A stretch of DNA of 7,746 nt, from IMG/VR virus record IMGVR_UViG_2778261451_000010. One strand, written 5' to 3'. A model generated the notes under the pieces. That model ran no database searches, was not told where the DNA came from, and saw nothing but the letters and a program-made list of their open reading frames with translations. The position numbers and the translations under genes are program-made. Numbering within the stretch: position 1 is the stretch's first letter; the number at the start of each line of letters is the position of its first letter. This document shows, in pieces, positions 7,118 through 7,746 of the stretch. Source of the DNA: a virus (lineage: Duplodnaviria > Heunggongvirae > Uroviricota > Caudoviricetes).

Positions 7118-7301
7118 TCCAGTTACTTTGACTGAAGTAATCCCCGGTCTTCATGACGTGACCGGGGCTATTGAATTACCGGAGGACAACTGGTTTTTTA
7201 CTATGACAGAAATTCCTCAGGGCATGGAGCTAACAATTAATGAGAAAGGCGAACCAATACTAATTGAGGTTAATCAGTCTCAGGGAATACAGGCCAAATA
7301 A
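7104..7301 (+). CDS. Short ORF (about 65 aa) downstream of the alternative fibre tip; possible remnant or minimal form of an alternative tail fibre assembly protein (U'/tfa-like)
   Basis: GTG start at 7104 with GGAGG 7 nt upstream, overlapping the fibre-tip stop by 14 nt (operon-like coupling); it terminates inside the 3' end of the convergent Tfa gene. Function is assigned by position only; I see no recognisable conserved Tfa C-terminal motif. Confidence 0.3.
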   Translation: MRLFNPVTLTEVIPGLHDVTGAIELPEDNWFFTMTEIPQGMELTINEKGEPILIEVNQSQGIQAK

Positions 7302-7746
7302 TATCAGGCGCGGTGCTGGTATCTGTTGCCGTCACCGCGTCAGTGTAATCCAGCACAGCGTTAAGCCGGGTTGTTTCTGCCTGCGTCAGTTTCCGCCCGG
7401 CCTGTAATTTCAGCTGAATCAGACTAATGGAAGCCATTGCTGCATCAATCAGTGACTGACGCTGTGCTTCTGCCGCTTCTACTGCGGCACCGTGTTGTGC
7501 CTCAGTATCCGTCACCCATTTCTCACCATCCCATTTATCGTATGGCGTTAATGGGGCGATAGTGGTTGTATTATCAGGGTAATTACCCGGAGCTGTGATT
7601 TCTTTTGATTCTCCTGTTGCGGTGCTAAAGACGATTTCACCGCGATGGTCTGGCACATATTCCCATGAGTTAAAATCTGCAGAACGGCAGATTGCATAAC
7701 CAGCTTTGTATGCGCCTGGAGCATCTAAACAGGAACATGCCGGAAT
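7270..7746 (-). CDS. Tail fibre assembly protein (lambda Tfa / P2 gpG / Mu U family), 5'-partial; the N-terminus lies beyond the window end
   Basis: Conserved motifs SWEYVPDHRGEIVF and the C-terminal ..RLNAVLDYTDAVTATDTSTAPDIIWPVFPE resemble lambda Tfa (..SWHLVEDHRGKTVY.. / ..RVDTSTAPDIEWP..). The track starts the ORF at GTG 7656, but by hand translation the frame stays open to position 7746 and the DHRG motif normally sits about 60-70 residues into Tfa proteins. Confidence 0.85.
   Translation of the reverse strand: MPACSCLDAPGAYKAGYAICRSADFNSWEYVPDHRGEIVFSTATGESKEITAPGNYPDNTTTIAPLTPYDKWDGEKWVTDTEAQHGAAVEAAEAQRQSLIDAAMASISLIQLKLQAGRKLTQAETTRLNAVLDYTDAVTATDTSTAPDIIWPVFPETD

Larger units (their letters stand above)
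1..7746 (-). mobile_element. P2-like myophage tail gene module (prophage or tailocin-type cluster); the window runs from the tail fibre assembly gene to gene D
   Basis: Collinear minus-strand order Tfa, FI sheath, FII tube, E/E+E' frameshift pair, T tape measure, U, D, with tight or overlapping gene junctions; this matches the known P2 late tail operon order. Head genes and integrase are outside the window, so prophage versus tailocin cannot be decided here. Confidence 0.85.

Noticed and set aside
7657-7746. Treating GTG 7656 as the true start of the Tfa gene (128 aa)
   Set aside because: The reading frame stays open to the window edge and the conserved DHRG motif is internal in Tfa proteins, so the gene is 5'-partial and not a complete 128-aa protein.
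1-7746. CRISPR arrays, tRNA/rRNA genes, insertion sequences, diversity-generating retroelement, toxin-antitoxin pair or novel defence operon
   Set aside because: No repeat-spacer periodicity, no tRNA-like cloverleaf candidates, no transposase or reverse transcriptase motifs and no unexplained intergenic space large enough for an additional operon; the only non-tail content is the inversion-switch remnant described above.

Overview
This window is the distal half of a P2-like (Peduovirus-type) contractile-tail gene module, read almost entirely on the minus strand. I found no evidence of a previously undescribed system; the most interesting content is a decayed tail-fibre inversion switch in the Tfa–sheath interval. 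Gene order in the direction of transcription (high to low coordinates) is: tail fibre assembly protein (5' end beyond the window) > sheath FI > tube FII > chaperone E with its -1 frameshift product E+E' > tape measure T > gpU > gpD. Gene boundaries are tight: the E' stop overlaps the T start, and U and D overlap by ATGA. In the 6367-7269 interval sit an N-terminal fragment of a Hin/Gin/Pin-type serine invertase (catalytic N-terminus only, about 67 homologous residues), a 26-bp hix/gix-like candidate crossover site, an AT-richer plus-strand cassette encoding an alternative tail-fibre tip, and a short downstream ORF. I read this as a host-range inversion switch (Mu G-segment / e14 P-segment type) that has lost its recombinase and is probably locked unless a related invertase acts in trans. 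All protein-family calls rest on recalled motifs and synteny; no database search was possible. Plus-strand ORFs overlying the tail genes are antisense artefacts.
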